A stretch of 55,588 nt of DNA, filler included, from Platydemus manokwari (lineage: Eukaryota), in NCBI GenBank assembly GCA_037951405.1. It is 5 parts of 5 records of this genome, joined end to end, with 100 filler letters (N's around TTAATTAATTAA, not from the genome) between each part and the next. Parts side by side here need not be neighbours in the genome. Positions count along the whole stretch, not along the records: positions 1 to 12,040 come from JBBMOY010334448.1; 4 more parts are not named here. The stretch is one strand, 5' to 3'. Positions 1-12,140 of this stretch are shown one piece after another. Each line of letters starts with the position of its first letter. The first letter of the stretch is position 1. Both the position numbers and the translations under genes were made by a program. A model generated the notes under the pieces. That model was not told where the DNA came from, searched no databases, and worked only from the letters and a program-made list of their open reading frames with translations.

Positions 1-1593
1 TAATGATTTGCTACAGCACACACACAAGTGTTTACATCTGGTGTCAAATTCCGGTTATTAAGTTATAGACCCAATATCAAAATAAAAAACAGGAAATCAC
101 AAAATAATTAATAAAGCGCCTAAAATCATTTATATAAATTAGAGTTGCTTAAATAAATAAATAGTTCCAATTGTTTAAATAATCTTTTAAAATAATTACA
201 AAAAAAATTACAAAAATTCAATGGAATTATTAGAACTTAGAGAAATTCAAAAAAAATTATAAAATTAATAAAATAAAAAGAATGGATAGAAAATAAAATT
301 AATTTTTAAATTAAAGTAGAAAAATTAAGTTATCTTAAATTTATTAAATAGATTTCCGCTTTCAAAATACCATTAATAACCTCGAAAAATTATAACTTTC
401 ATTCAAAATCTTAAATAAAAAAATTTAAATAAAAATTCCTGAAACAGAATCTACTGATCAGGTTATCGAGAAACTGAATCACCAAATTAAGAATAATTCA
501 CAAAAATCGTCTAGATTAATTACTGGCTTTATTGGGAAAATGTTAAATCCTAAATTTTAAATTTGATTTTTAAATTCCTAATATAAAATCTATACTTTAA
601 AAATACAGTTATATTTGGGAAATTCGTAAAATCAAATTTGCCACTCACATCTGTATACTAAATAAAGTTAAAACATTTGAATGTAATTCTGTAATTTAAC
701 TAAGGTGTCTGATTATATATTATATTAATCCAGTCTTTATATTTTGGACCAAAATTGGAACTGCTGAAACTATGTTATACGGGAAGCATTTACCTGCCAT
801 CAATCAGGAAGAAATCTGTACAAAATCATGGATCATACCAAATAAAAATGAGGTGAAAGTTTCTTGGGATCCTGTCTTGACATTTCTGTTTCTTCATTTT
901 TCTTTTTAGATGCACCATATGAGCTACTGATGATGATTATGTTTTCATTTTTGTAGTCCTCATTACCTGAGTAGAGAACTAGCCAGTTATGGTAACTATT
1001 GAATTTTCAAACAATAGATAATAAATTGTTGATTTGTGTCAAATGTATGCATCTGATAATTCTCTCAAACAATATAGGTCACAAATGGCACTGATAAAAT
1101 TAAAAATTAATGGATTCAGGTTAGTTTTTCCCGAAATTCCTATTTGTGAAAATATTGGAAAATTATAAATTTTAAAAATTTCGACAAATCATTAAATTTA
1201 TGATACTTTTCAAGTTTAACACGATATAATAGACTACAAATATTTGAAATTAGTACAATTTTTAACAAATACATGGCAACATAATTTAACAAGTCAATCG
1301 ATAAAATTTTCTTTAAATTCCAATACGTTTTACTCATGTGATTATTCGAAAAACTTCCCGTTTGTAAATTTAGCAATTCATTTTTATATTTTATTATGTA
1401 AGCTACTAGAATCACGAATTTAATGATTTGTTGTTAAAGATTTTCATTTTGAATTTAACATCGTTAAAAGTCTACGTGAATAAATAAGTTAAAATATAAG
1501 AAGGAACAAAGATTTTAACTGATATTTCTTTTAAGGATTCATAATTCACGAAATTTGCCTATTAGATAATATAATTACTTTAAGGGATCTTAC

Positions 1594-1860
1594 TTAAGAA
1601 TAAACATGTTGGATATCAGCCCAATGCAAACACAACATTTTTTTACATCTTACAATAACTCTCCACAGTATTCAAACATAACATCTTTTTATACTACTTT
1701 TCAATAACCCTGCAGTATCATCCATAATATATTAGGATGTATATAATTTTAACAATTTGAATTACAGTAGTACCAGTAGTAATCGTAAATCTATACCTTG
1801 ATTATGGACTGACAAACCAAAAGCAAGATCAGAAGAAGCAAAACAATTTTCCTTTTTCAT
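1594..1860 (-). pseudogene. Decayed secreted C-type lectin-like gene fragment
   Basis: Exon 1797-1860 has an ATG one base out of frame with a hydrophobic leader KIVLLLLILLLVCQSIIK and a GT donor. The next segment KRCYV*ILWRVIVRCKKMLCLHWADIQ follows the CTLD pattern CY.F..W...C...HL..I. Confidence 0.35.
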
Positions 1861-1929
1861 GAGTGTAAAAACATATATCTTTTTATAATATTTTAATAAA
1901 CAATTAATGTTTGTATTATTGATTAATGT

Positions 1930-2590
1930 ATATTCGTGTACAAGGGCGGAGTGGATGATGAGAGTGGGAGAAGGCTGCCGATGAGGAGAGAGTAATAGGA
2001 GATGATAAATTAATAAAAATATATTACAAAGATATTAAATCAAAAAATAGGTAAACAATAAATTATGGAAAAGAAATAGATAATACAATAAAATAAGACA
2101 GATAATAAATATTAGAAAAAATAATAAATTTAGACAAATATTAAGACAAATATTATAAAACATAAAATCAGATAAACAAGAATTAATTATTAATTATTAA
2201 AATACAAGATAATCACAAATAGACTAGGAATTAGCATAAGTAATTAAGTCAGCGTGGGAAGTGCCTGAAACGCACCCTAAAAAATAGTCGACGATCTTGA
2301 TCGACTACCATTACAAAAATCATTTAACTATTGAGCGAAGCCAGACGACTTGATCACTTGACTAATAAAGCTAGACGACTGTTCAGAATAATCGATCGTG
2401 TGGAATTATTTTATAATTTTTATCATACATTTTAATTGACGCTTACTCTCTTTATAAATTTATTGTAATTGTAAGTATTATTTAAGTTTAATAACATATT
2501 CAATTTCATCGGCAATTAACGTCACTCGTTTCGTCCACTTCCATGGATTTCTATTGTTAATCACTCAGGCGAGGTACGGGTTATTTAGCA
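1930..2590 (+). mobile_element. Putative solo LTR, family B
   Basis: GA-rich head, A-rich middle, shared ATCACAAATAG, and end CGTCCACTTC...AGGCGAGGTACGGGTTATTTAGCA similar to 46618-46674. Boundaries are approximate. Confidence 0.35.
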
Positions 2591-3557
2591 AAATTTTATG
2601 TTCTTTTTTCATAATAACTGTTGTGCTTCATTTTCATAATTAATAAATATTTGCAATTTATCGATTTAGATCTTGTCATTTTTAGTCATAATAATTCATC
2701 AATTTCAATAATTGTTACGATGCATTAGTTTGGGTATTAATTAAATTAGCTTGCAATCAAGTACTGCTAAATTATTAATTAAATATTGTTTTCGGGTTTC
2801 GTAAACTGTTAATCATTTCAGGCTCAGAGCAACCTCAGTTCCTCTGCGCTCAGACATTAAACCTAAATTCATTTAATTGCCAGTTACTGAAGCACCTAGG
2901 AACCAGTAAAGTCTAAAATCAATCGCAAACCAAACACTTTATTTAATAAACATATTATATCAAGCTTTCTTATTTTCATAGAATATAACCAATTTCTTAA
3001 AATATTTTTCATGTTTGATAAATTTGGTTCAAAATTTTGATTATCAATGGTAATAAATTGGGTATTAAGAACTTCAATTTTTCTTAATTTCAAAGATATA
3101 GCTTAATTGTCAGATGCATTAAATGAAAAACATCAATTAATATAATTTCAAATTTTTGTATATCCTTAATTATTATTACTTTTAATTTAATGAGTTTTAA
3201 TAACAATTAAATTAATTATTTTACAATATCATTTGATACTTCTGTTATTTTATACGATTTATTAAGCCTAGAGATTCCAATTATTTACTAAATCATGTAA
3301 GAAATTTTATTAATAATTTTATAATTGAATCTGGAATTGCCCATAAGCTTTTTGTAAATTATAAAAAAATATTATTTCATTATAGTTTCTGCAAATTTCA
3401 TAATTAAACAAAATTAATAATCAGAAAATATAATTTTTACAAAATTGTTTATATATGTTAGTTTAATTAAACTAAAGTATATAAATATAATTATAATTAG
3501 TAATTTGTAATTATTAATCTATTTACCTAAAATCAGCGAAATTCATCTATTTTAGAA

Positions 3558-4379
3558 ATGACTAAAAAATGCTTTTATGAAATTTTAAACGTTCAAAGAA
3601 ATTCTGATATAGGTACAATCAAAAAAGCATACAGAAAATTGGCTTTAATATGGCATCCTGATAAAAATCCGGATAATAAAATTGAAGCTGAAAAAATGTT
3701 TAAATCAATCAGTCAGGCATATGAAGTTTTGTCCGATGAGAATAAGCGCAAACTTTATGATAAATATGGTCATGAAGGTCTCAACGAAAGTTCCAACGGA
3801 CCTAGTTCTTCACATTGTTATGACGACAATTTTGATATATTTGATTTGCATGATATTTTTACTTTCAGAGATCCTCATGATATATTTCGTGAATTTTTCG
3901 GATCAGATCCCTTTGAAAGTATATTTGGAATTTCATCGCCATTTAGTGGCCCAATGCTTTTTGATCACTCAACTGGTGGTCGAATGCGTCGAAATAATAG
4001 ACAAACACGAATGAATCGTAGCACTCAACCATATAATATTTCTATCAATACGCGAAGTATGCATGAAAATCATGTTAATGATCTAATTTCTCCGTTTTCT
4101 AACTCATTTGGTGTTGGTCTTATGAATCCATTTGGATTTGGACATCACTCAATGTTTAATATGTCTCCAATGATGGATGGGTTCAGTATGTTTTCTAACC
4201 AAGGCTTTTCTGGAGGCTCGAATTTTAGATCTACTTCAACGTCTACACGAATCGTGAATGGCAAACGGGTCAAGACGACTAAAATTGTTGAAAACGGCTC
4301 CGAAACAGTTACCGAAGAAATCGATGGTATTTTGGTCAACAAAACTGTTAATGGTCGTTCTGTTGCAATTGCCAATTGA
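3558..4379 (+). CDS. DNAJB6: DnaJ/Hsp40 class B co-chaperone, DNAJB6 (MRJ)/DNAJB2/B8-like, single exon, 273 aa
   Basis: N-terminal J domain with WHPDKNP. G/F-rich linker with [21 protein letters not shown]-rich stretch and C-terminal domain [23 protein letters not shown]...DG...TVNG typical of DNAJB6. AATAAA signals ~45 nt after the TGA. Confidence 0.93.
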   Translation: MTKKCFYEILNVQRNSDIGTIKKAYRKLALIWHPDKNPDNKIEAEKMFKSISQAYEVLSDENKRKLYDKYGHEGLNESSNGPSSSHCYDDNFDIFDLHDIFTFRDPHDIFREFFGSDPFESIFGISSPFSGPMLFDHSTGGRMRRNNRQTRMNRSTQPYNISINTRSMHENHVNDLISPFSNSFGVGLMNPFGFGHHSMFNMSPMMDGFSMFSNQGFSGGSNFRSTSTSTRIVNGKRVKTTKIVENGSETVTEEIDGILVNKTVNGRSVAIAN

Positions 4380-7300
4380 AGTATATTGCACATATATAAA
4401 ATGGAAAATTGATTCACTGTATAAAATAAATAAAAGAATAAAATTATTTCTTGAAAATTAAAATATTTTAATCGTTACTACTGGTTCTAAAACATTGATT
4501 TACCTAAAAAATGCGATCACATTTTTATACTTTTATCATAATCTATTATTTTAGAATGTTATTATTTGTAAATATTTGCAACTAATTAGTTTTAATTTTG
4601 AATGTTTTTTATTATTATTATTAAACTAACTGAATTATAACTAACAAGGAATTCTTTTTTTGTTATGAAAATTTCAAAAACATGTACGACTGGATATTTT
4701 TGCGGTATGATTTTAGTGAGTTTAATATTTGAATTTATTAACATAATTTATCTTGTTGATTATTGGTTTCTTTTGACAAGTGACTTTAAATTTTTTGGTG
4801 TTCGCTATTTTCTGATGGGATTTTGTTTGTAATTTTTACAGGCAGTCCAATAAATTTTTAGATACAAATTAGTTGTGGAAATTTCAGAAATTTAATACAC
4901 ACGCAGGTAAATAAAAAATTTACAAGTTCAAATTGAAATATTTTGTTGCATCCAATTTGCAAAACAGTTAGATTTTCAATGTGTATCATGTCAGATATGT
5001 GTAATTAGTAGATTTTTCAATAGTTAATGTTTAATTACACTTAAAGTGTTAAACAACTTTTTCAAAACCAAAGTAGATTAGTTTCCTGCAATTTCTGACA
5101 GTGAAATATTTTTGAAATTTGGATATTGTTTTCAGTATTTTTAGAAACAATTTTATTTTTCTTTGAAAATTTTCGTAACTACCAGCTTGATTTTCGATGT
5201 TTCGATAATTTTTGAAAAAATTTTTCATGTTTCTAATAATATTTTGAATTACACATTCATTGGCATAATTCGAAGATTGTTTAAACAATTTTAGAATTTA
5301 AGTAATCAAAATATATTGATATTTAAATAAAATAGAAAATCATTTATTGAGATATTATAATTATTGAAATTAGTTTGAACTGATAAGATTAACATAATAG
5401 TCAAATCTGAAAATGTAAAATGCAACAATTTTATACTCTAAGTTAGTATTATATGTAATACTAATTAGTAAGAAAATGCAATGATATGGTGCATTGTATT
5501 CTAATGTAAAAAATAAAAGATTTGGTAAATCGTAGTCCGTAATATAAAAGCTTAAATACTATTATGATTATTGATTTGTATGGTAGATAATTATTATGTG
5601 AGATAATTATTAAAATTACTACAATATATAAAACATGTAATGATAAAACTTACGAAGGCCAAATAAAACCAGCCAATTTGTCAAAGAATTATTAATCAAT
5701 AGTTATCTATGTGTTGTCATAGCAACCCGGTAAATGGTATTAAGAGAAAATTTGAAAACAGTAACTCCAATATCTTGATGAAACGTAATCCAGATGTTAG
5801 TTAAAAGGGCCTACATAAATACAGTTCTAAACCGTAGAATGTTTGAACACATAAAAAACAAACCACACAACAAATCAAATTATAATTCGAACATTAGCAA
5901 TGGTATCTGGTTACATAGTGATGGAACATACGAGTTGGTTTCTATATTTGGTGATGAATATGAATAAATCAAATATAATTTATCAATGATTTATCCTTTA
6001 AATTAGTAATATAAGTTAGAGCAGATAGTTAATGAGTACACCAAAGATCTCACAGGTGTCTAAATTATGTGATATAATATATAATAATAAAATACGATAA
6101 CTGATGTAATAATTTTTATTAAATATAATAATGATTACCGAAATTGATAAAGAAAGTAGATATGAACAATCGCCAGTGTAAACTAATGGTATTCTACTGC
6201 GATATTGAAAAAGAATAAGAGCTTTGATTTTATGGCCTCAACAATTTCTAATAGACTTTGCGGGATTAATAAAATAATGTTGCACACCGAATCTCCTGTT
6301 GAAGATTGATGTGAATAGGCTAACAATGATAATAATAGTGTTTGCCACATTTTAATATAGATCTGAATTTTTGAGTTGATTTGAATAAATATTTTGCGAA
6401 TGCTTGAATGTTTCTAATGCTCGATTGAATATCCTGTATGAAATATCCGAAATTAAGTGTATGGTGCACTGTGAGAAATCTGTAAAGAATTTTGTGCCTA
6501 TGAGCAGGTATACAATTTATTACAAATGCTGACTTGTGATGATGGTTTACACATATTTTTATGTCTTTGTTGGCCACGTTTTGCGCGTTGGCCTTCTTTA
6601 TTAGTTTTGTTATTTTTATGTTTTGCTGTTGTGAGTTTTGATGAGAGAGTTATTGTTTTTTTGTGGGATTTGGTCAGTAAGGCCCATATCTTAACAAAGC
6701 TATCAGCTATCAAATAGTATTTTTTTGTTTCGACCTCTATCTTTGTTTGATTGCTTTATTGTGACTTATTATTTATTTCTATGTATATGTCTATGTGTGT
6801 TTATGTCCTTACGGACATTTGTGTTGTGTATTTATTATCAATATTGTGCTATTTATAATTTTTGTGTATCGTTTTAGGTGCAATATTAATGAACAGTTTG
6901 CTAATAGTGAAATGTTTTTTGGTTAAATTTAAAAGAGAGAAATTATTGAAAGATAAAATAATTAAGTTATAATTAATTAATTATTTCATACACCCCACAA
7001 ATATTAATCGCAGTTCTTATCTCGTGATAGACAACCCAGAGTATCCAAAGTCTACTCAAAATAAAACCAGCTATCACAAGACATTGACTAATCAGCTTTA
7101 TAGACGAGAAATCAGTATAACATTCGAATTGTCAACCTGACATTACTAAGTGAGATTTATTACGTTTAGATTAATGAAATAACATTTAGATTAATTCGCC
7201 AACATCGACATTGGAATTATTAATCGATATTGGCCAGAAGATTTTCGTTTTCAATTTTTGCTGTCAAATTGGACCAAAGCTAATCCATGATTAAAATATA

Positions 7301-8149
7301 ACTTTGATAACTTGTAAATTATTAAATAAGTTTGCACATTCATCAATTCCATTACCCTTTGCTATCATGAGTTGATACGTTCAATTGTTGGGCATATCGA
7401 ACATTTTCAAAATGGGATTTTTATTGGGTTATCTTTTGTGAAAAGTAATTTTCATCTACAATTTTTGTGTTATTTTCTATTTAGCATAATCACAAATGAG
7501 TGCATATCTGATTAGGATTTTTTTGCATTAACACGTAGAATAAATTTTGTTACTAAAAATAACCATTTGAATGCACATTTGTTGTATTCAACGAATCAGT
7601 TTGTATACAGTACATTTTAGGTTGAATATTTATCGACAGGTTGTCCTCACATATTTTGTCGAAAACCTAAGGAGGTTGAATTGGAGACAAAATTTAATTG
7701 GAATTAAATGATTCCAAGGTACAAAGCGACAATCTATAAATAGAATAATATAATGATATTATAAACACCACATGTCGGTAAGCACATTTTTTACCGAGAT
7801 AATTTAAACCTGAATAAAATAAATAATTTTTTTCCCAGAGACTTCAATTGCCTAGAGTACATATTGATAAATGTGGAGGAAATTTTTTTATTCATTGATC
7901 ATGTAAATATTTTCTTCTTTCTGGAAATGTTTATTCTCTTCTATTCAGTTTATTATTGCTGTCCACGATTGTTGAAGGGTACACAATGAAATTATTGTCA
8001 ATATAGTATCTAGGTCATGATTTACAAATATATTCACAACTATCGGTTTTGGTACGCAGCATAACTGGAAAAATATTCACAAATAACTTTAAGTTGTAAT
8101 ATTTGTATCCAAAATTTGTTACAAAATTTTCTATTTATGGACTTAAACT

Positions 8150-9450
8150 CAAGCACATGATTGTGATAAAGTTTGAATGGCAGTGCAACAACATTCGAAT
8201 TCGTATGCATAATTCTATTTGTTATACACAAGTGATAACTGAAAAATGTAAACCGCAGGAGATGCACATTATCCAATGATCAAAGGGTGACTCTAAATGG
8301 TTTAAGAGCCGAAAAGTAGCATTTAGTTGAATAAGCTACCATGGTTATATAGGTAAACATGCGTGGCACTTTATACATCGTGGTAATTTGTAATCAATTC
8401 CCTCAAGAGAAGATGCCGATGTTGCAATGTTCACGTTGAGATACTCACATATGTTACAGTTCTGTGTTCATGTCTCTCACGATGTCTGCCTTAGACTGGT
8501 TCACACATTTATTATTTACCTGTATACTGTTTTATTTTAATGAAACGATGTCAAATTCTCTTATGCATAATCTCTACATCAAGATAAGCCTGAGAGAACT
8601 ATCTAGTGACGGATGACTGGCATGACCTAAGTAATTATCACGAATAATGAAGCATAAACCTGTGTAAGTTGTTTTGATTCATACAATTATTGTTGTATCT
8701 CTTGCCAAGGATCCTCATTTCACTTCAAGCAATAGTTATTAAAGAAAAAAGTGTCACAGAGTTGAATATTTACCATTTTTTGCTTGGATGTATCACCACC
8801 ATCATACTGGAGAGAGTATCAAAGCAGGAATTACAATCACCAAGAATTGCTGCACAATTTGTATGAGAAAATTCATATTGATTTTGAGATCTAAGCAAAA
8901 CAAAATCGCCGAAAAATATCTGGTACATCTAGCAGAAAAGTTATAGACATATTTCGCATCAAGTTAATCAATCAATCATTGTTCTATTCCGTCAATCTTC
9001 TATCAACTCCATGAAAGTTGAATTTGACACACCTATTTGACAACATTTCTTGAATTTCAACTAATTCAAATACTTTTCAGGATCTTGTATCCACAAATTG
9101 TTTAAGTGTATCTATTGCTGTCCACTTGCCACAGCTGATCTTCTGGGCGATTATTACCATTGAATCTTTGACATTTTCAATGCAATCATTTCCGCGATCA
9201 ATCTCAGCTTCGGCATCAATCTATTCTGGATAGTAAAAATTTTGTTAATATGCTGTTCTTGGGTCCCTGAAAACATAGAAAACAGCTGTAAAACATCTCA
9301 AAAATGACTGAACTGCTCTGATCTTTGAGCTTATGATAACACAGAAGGCAATGCATGTTCATCCATAACAATTTTCCATAATATTGTGGTGAAAGTTGTG
9401 ATTCAATACTGGCAAAATTTTGGAAAGCAATCAATGATCGAATATGGGAA
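8150..9450 (-). mobile_element. Heavily decayed Mutator-like (MULE) transposase remnant with a possible C-terminal PHD-like finger
   Basis: Frameshifted fragments in MULE-like order: HALP...KLKDQSSSVIFEMF; DVPDIF; a TNN-like stretch then LGHASHPSL; RCIKCHAC; HWIMCISCGLHF. Many stops; motif recognition only. Confidence 0.35.
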
Positions 9451-10840
9451 CACAATCAATTCAATGAGACAATAAGCAAAATTTAATGTCATTCGTGATT
9501 CAACCTTATTTCTTTCATTCCAGAAGTTCCATGATTTTCTTGATTCTGGATCATTCCACTAATTGTGTACCGCAATATCATTCATGTGGCCAACTTTTAA
9601 TTGTTTATTTTACTTTTTTAGTTTAACCGAAATAGGTGTTTAAAATTAGAAGATATCGTCGGAGATTTGATTTTTTCGATAATTGACTAATGAAATTGTG
9701 TCGACAGAAAAGATAGACTTAAAAAATTTTGAAGGCTCCGAATTAGCAGTATTTAAAAACTGTTTTGTTGAAATTAATTTTTTGTTTTTATTGGTTTTTA
9801 TTGATCTGAATATATGTGGAGTTATACTAAGAATTTAATTTTTAATCCCGGACCAAATATATAAGTTTATAAGCATTAGCCCAGTACAAAAATAAGCTCA
9901 CGTTTAAAATATAACATAATTTCAATTTTATAGGATTAATTTTGAACAAAATTCACATAAATTATTGATTACGCTAAAGAAAAACAAATCGAATGATTTG
10001 CAGTTGATACTTACTCTTCATAAAATAAATTTGATCTCTTGTAAATTTAGGAGTACTCAATAATAGTTTATTACCTGATTAGTTAAACTCTTTCTCAATT
10101 TTAATTTTATTGGCAATGAAATATTTTATTATTTTTTCAATTTTTCAATTAGAAATTTCGATTGTAAGAAAAAATTAGAAAAACTTAGAAATAATTTATT
10201 ATAGAGAATGAGATAAAATCATACCAAATATATTAATTAATAACAAAATTCATAGTTGGCCAAACAATTAGATTCATTCAATGTTGGAAAAGTTATCTAT
10301 CAGTTGATCAGTTGTAATTGCCTATTAAATATCACAACACGAGAATTAGATCATTTTTTATCATTGAGATTTCAAATTAATCAAAATACGAGCTATTTCT
10401 CCAAGCAGATCAACATTAAAATTAAAATTTACTTTGTTACCGAATAGAGGTAAATTATAAATAAGAGAGAAATCTGTTACACAAAATTATAACATAAATA
10501 TCATCAATAAATAAAGCGGATAGATGAGCTTGACCATGATGATTTTATTATTCAAATTTGCAATTAACCAGATGTCGATCAAATTTGTTGAAAAAGTTCT
10601 AGTGTTATGTGAAAGAAGAATTTACTATCATAGATATACGCTATTGAATAACTGCTGGATTAATATATACTAAATAAATGAGCATGGAATACCATCGAAA
10701 CAAGGAACAGTTTGATATTAATCAAATAGTAATATAAATTTCATATGACAGAATCCGTTCATGAGAATTTTGCAGTTCAATTGAAATGTACATCACGAGA
10801 TTTTGGATTTTCAAATTTTAATCCTGTAATATTATTATGA

Positions 10841-11026
10841 ATACAAAAATATAACTGTTATGTTAAATTTACTAGAATTATGGTAATGAATCACATATCT
10901 ACACATTTCGAATTGGGATTTTTATCACGTAAATATTGGGATGACAACGGGACTGCCTTTGGTTTGCAATTTGAAGGCAATTTATCGTGGTCAGACGGTC
11001 GGATATTTGAAAGGAGTGTCAGATAG
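10841..11026 (+). pseudogene. C-type lectin-like fragment
   Basis: Stop-to-stop frame KYNCYVKF...NHISTHFELGFLSRKYWDDNGTAFGLQFEGNLSWSDGRIF resembles CTLD CY.F / I.S..E..FL / GL....G...WSDG. Confidence 0.4.
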
Positions 11027-11968
11027 ACGTCGATAAATAGAAAACTGTGAAAATTCAATGTCCTCAATTCGATTCCTAATGTTTATAAAACCATAACAAA
11101 TAATAATATTAATATGCGATGATGTCTTTTATTGAATAAAGTTGATATTTTGTATTTTTCAAAAACTTTTATATAATTATTTTATTAATTGTAGTAATTC
11201 TTGTATGATTTATTAAAACAATGGAGTACAATCAAAGTCCTTTAAATGATAAGGTAAGAAATTATATATATATATATAGGTATGTGTGTGTGTTGAGGGA
11301 TACACCTGATTTACGTCATCATTCATTTAACATAATCCTACATTAATGAATTTTATTTCAGTGACGAATCAACCTTCGTCGAATAATTTGTATGAAATCT
11401 TCAATCATTCAACTAAAATCAACCGACTTTATTAACCCATTCCAAATTAAATCTCATCAATTCAAAGATGGGCATAAAAAAATTAAGAAAAGAACGAAAT
11501 TACTAGCGTTATTTATCAACTCATATATCTGTGTATGTTTATGTGCATTTGTACACGATATGATTGCAATACTAAATTTGATTCGAATTAATTCCAAATC
11601 TAAGATATTAAATATGTTGGGTTTTGAAAAAATAATATTATCTATATGGAGATGTGACTCAATATATTGTGCATGAATCTTTCTATTGTTGGTATTTTGT
11701 AAATATTTTATGTATCGGTGTATATTCGTAGCAATTGTTATCTCTAATAATATTTTTAATTTTATTTCTTATTTCTCTCTGTGTGAACAAATTCTTTCTG
11801 GTTAATTAATAATTGTTAATGTAGTAAAGTAAAATAAAATTGAAATAACTTTTAAAAGTTATTATTAAAAATCCGATTTTCAAAATATAATAAAAGCCCG
11901 AAAATAAACCCGTATTTTAAAACCCAGTAACTAAAATATAATAGTTATAATAAATATAATTAAATATA

Positions 11969-12040
11969 TTAGGTGTATAACCTTAAAATTTCGGTTTTTT
12001 TTGAAAAATATTTATTTATTTAAAGTACATTTTGCATAGT
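11969..12040 (-). mobile_element. mariner transposon 3' end (TIR) at a contig end
   Basis: TA|TTAGGTGTATAACCTTAAAATTTCGGTTTT resembles Mos1-type TIRs. The 72 bp are the exact reverse complement of 43760-43831. On - it reads ...TAC TTT AAA TAA (YFK*, cf. Mos1 YFE*), then AATAAA, then the TIR. Confidence 0.8.
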
Positions 12041-12140
12041 NNNNNNNNNNNNNNNNNNNNNNNNNNNNNNNNNNNNNNNNNNNNTTAATTAATTAANNNN
12101 NNNNNNNNNNNNNNNNNNNNNNNNNNNNNNNNNNNNNNNN
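12041..12140. other. Assembly linker N44-TTAATTAATTAA-N44
   Basis: Exactly 100 nt with a central palindrome giving stops in all six frames; identical at four places. Confidence 0.97.

Noticed and set aside
3682-4461. Alternative-frame and antisense ORFs over DNAJB6
   Set aside because: Shadow ORFs with non-ATG or arbitrary starts and no recognisable features.
11221-11400. ATG...AAG|GTAAGA...TTTCAG two-exon candidate
   Set aside because: Splicing leads immediately to a stop; no recognisable product.
12085-12096. TTAATTAATTAA palindrome recurring inside each N run
   Set aside because: Standard six-frame-stop concatenation linker, not biology. It also invalidates any gene-neighbourhood argument linking DNAJB6, NUP188 and PHKA.
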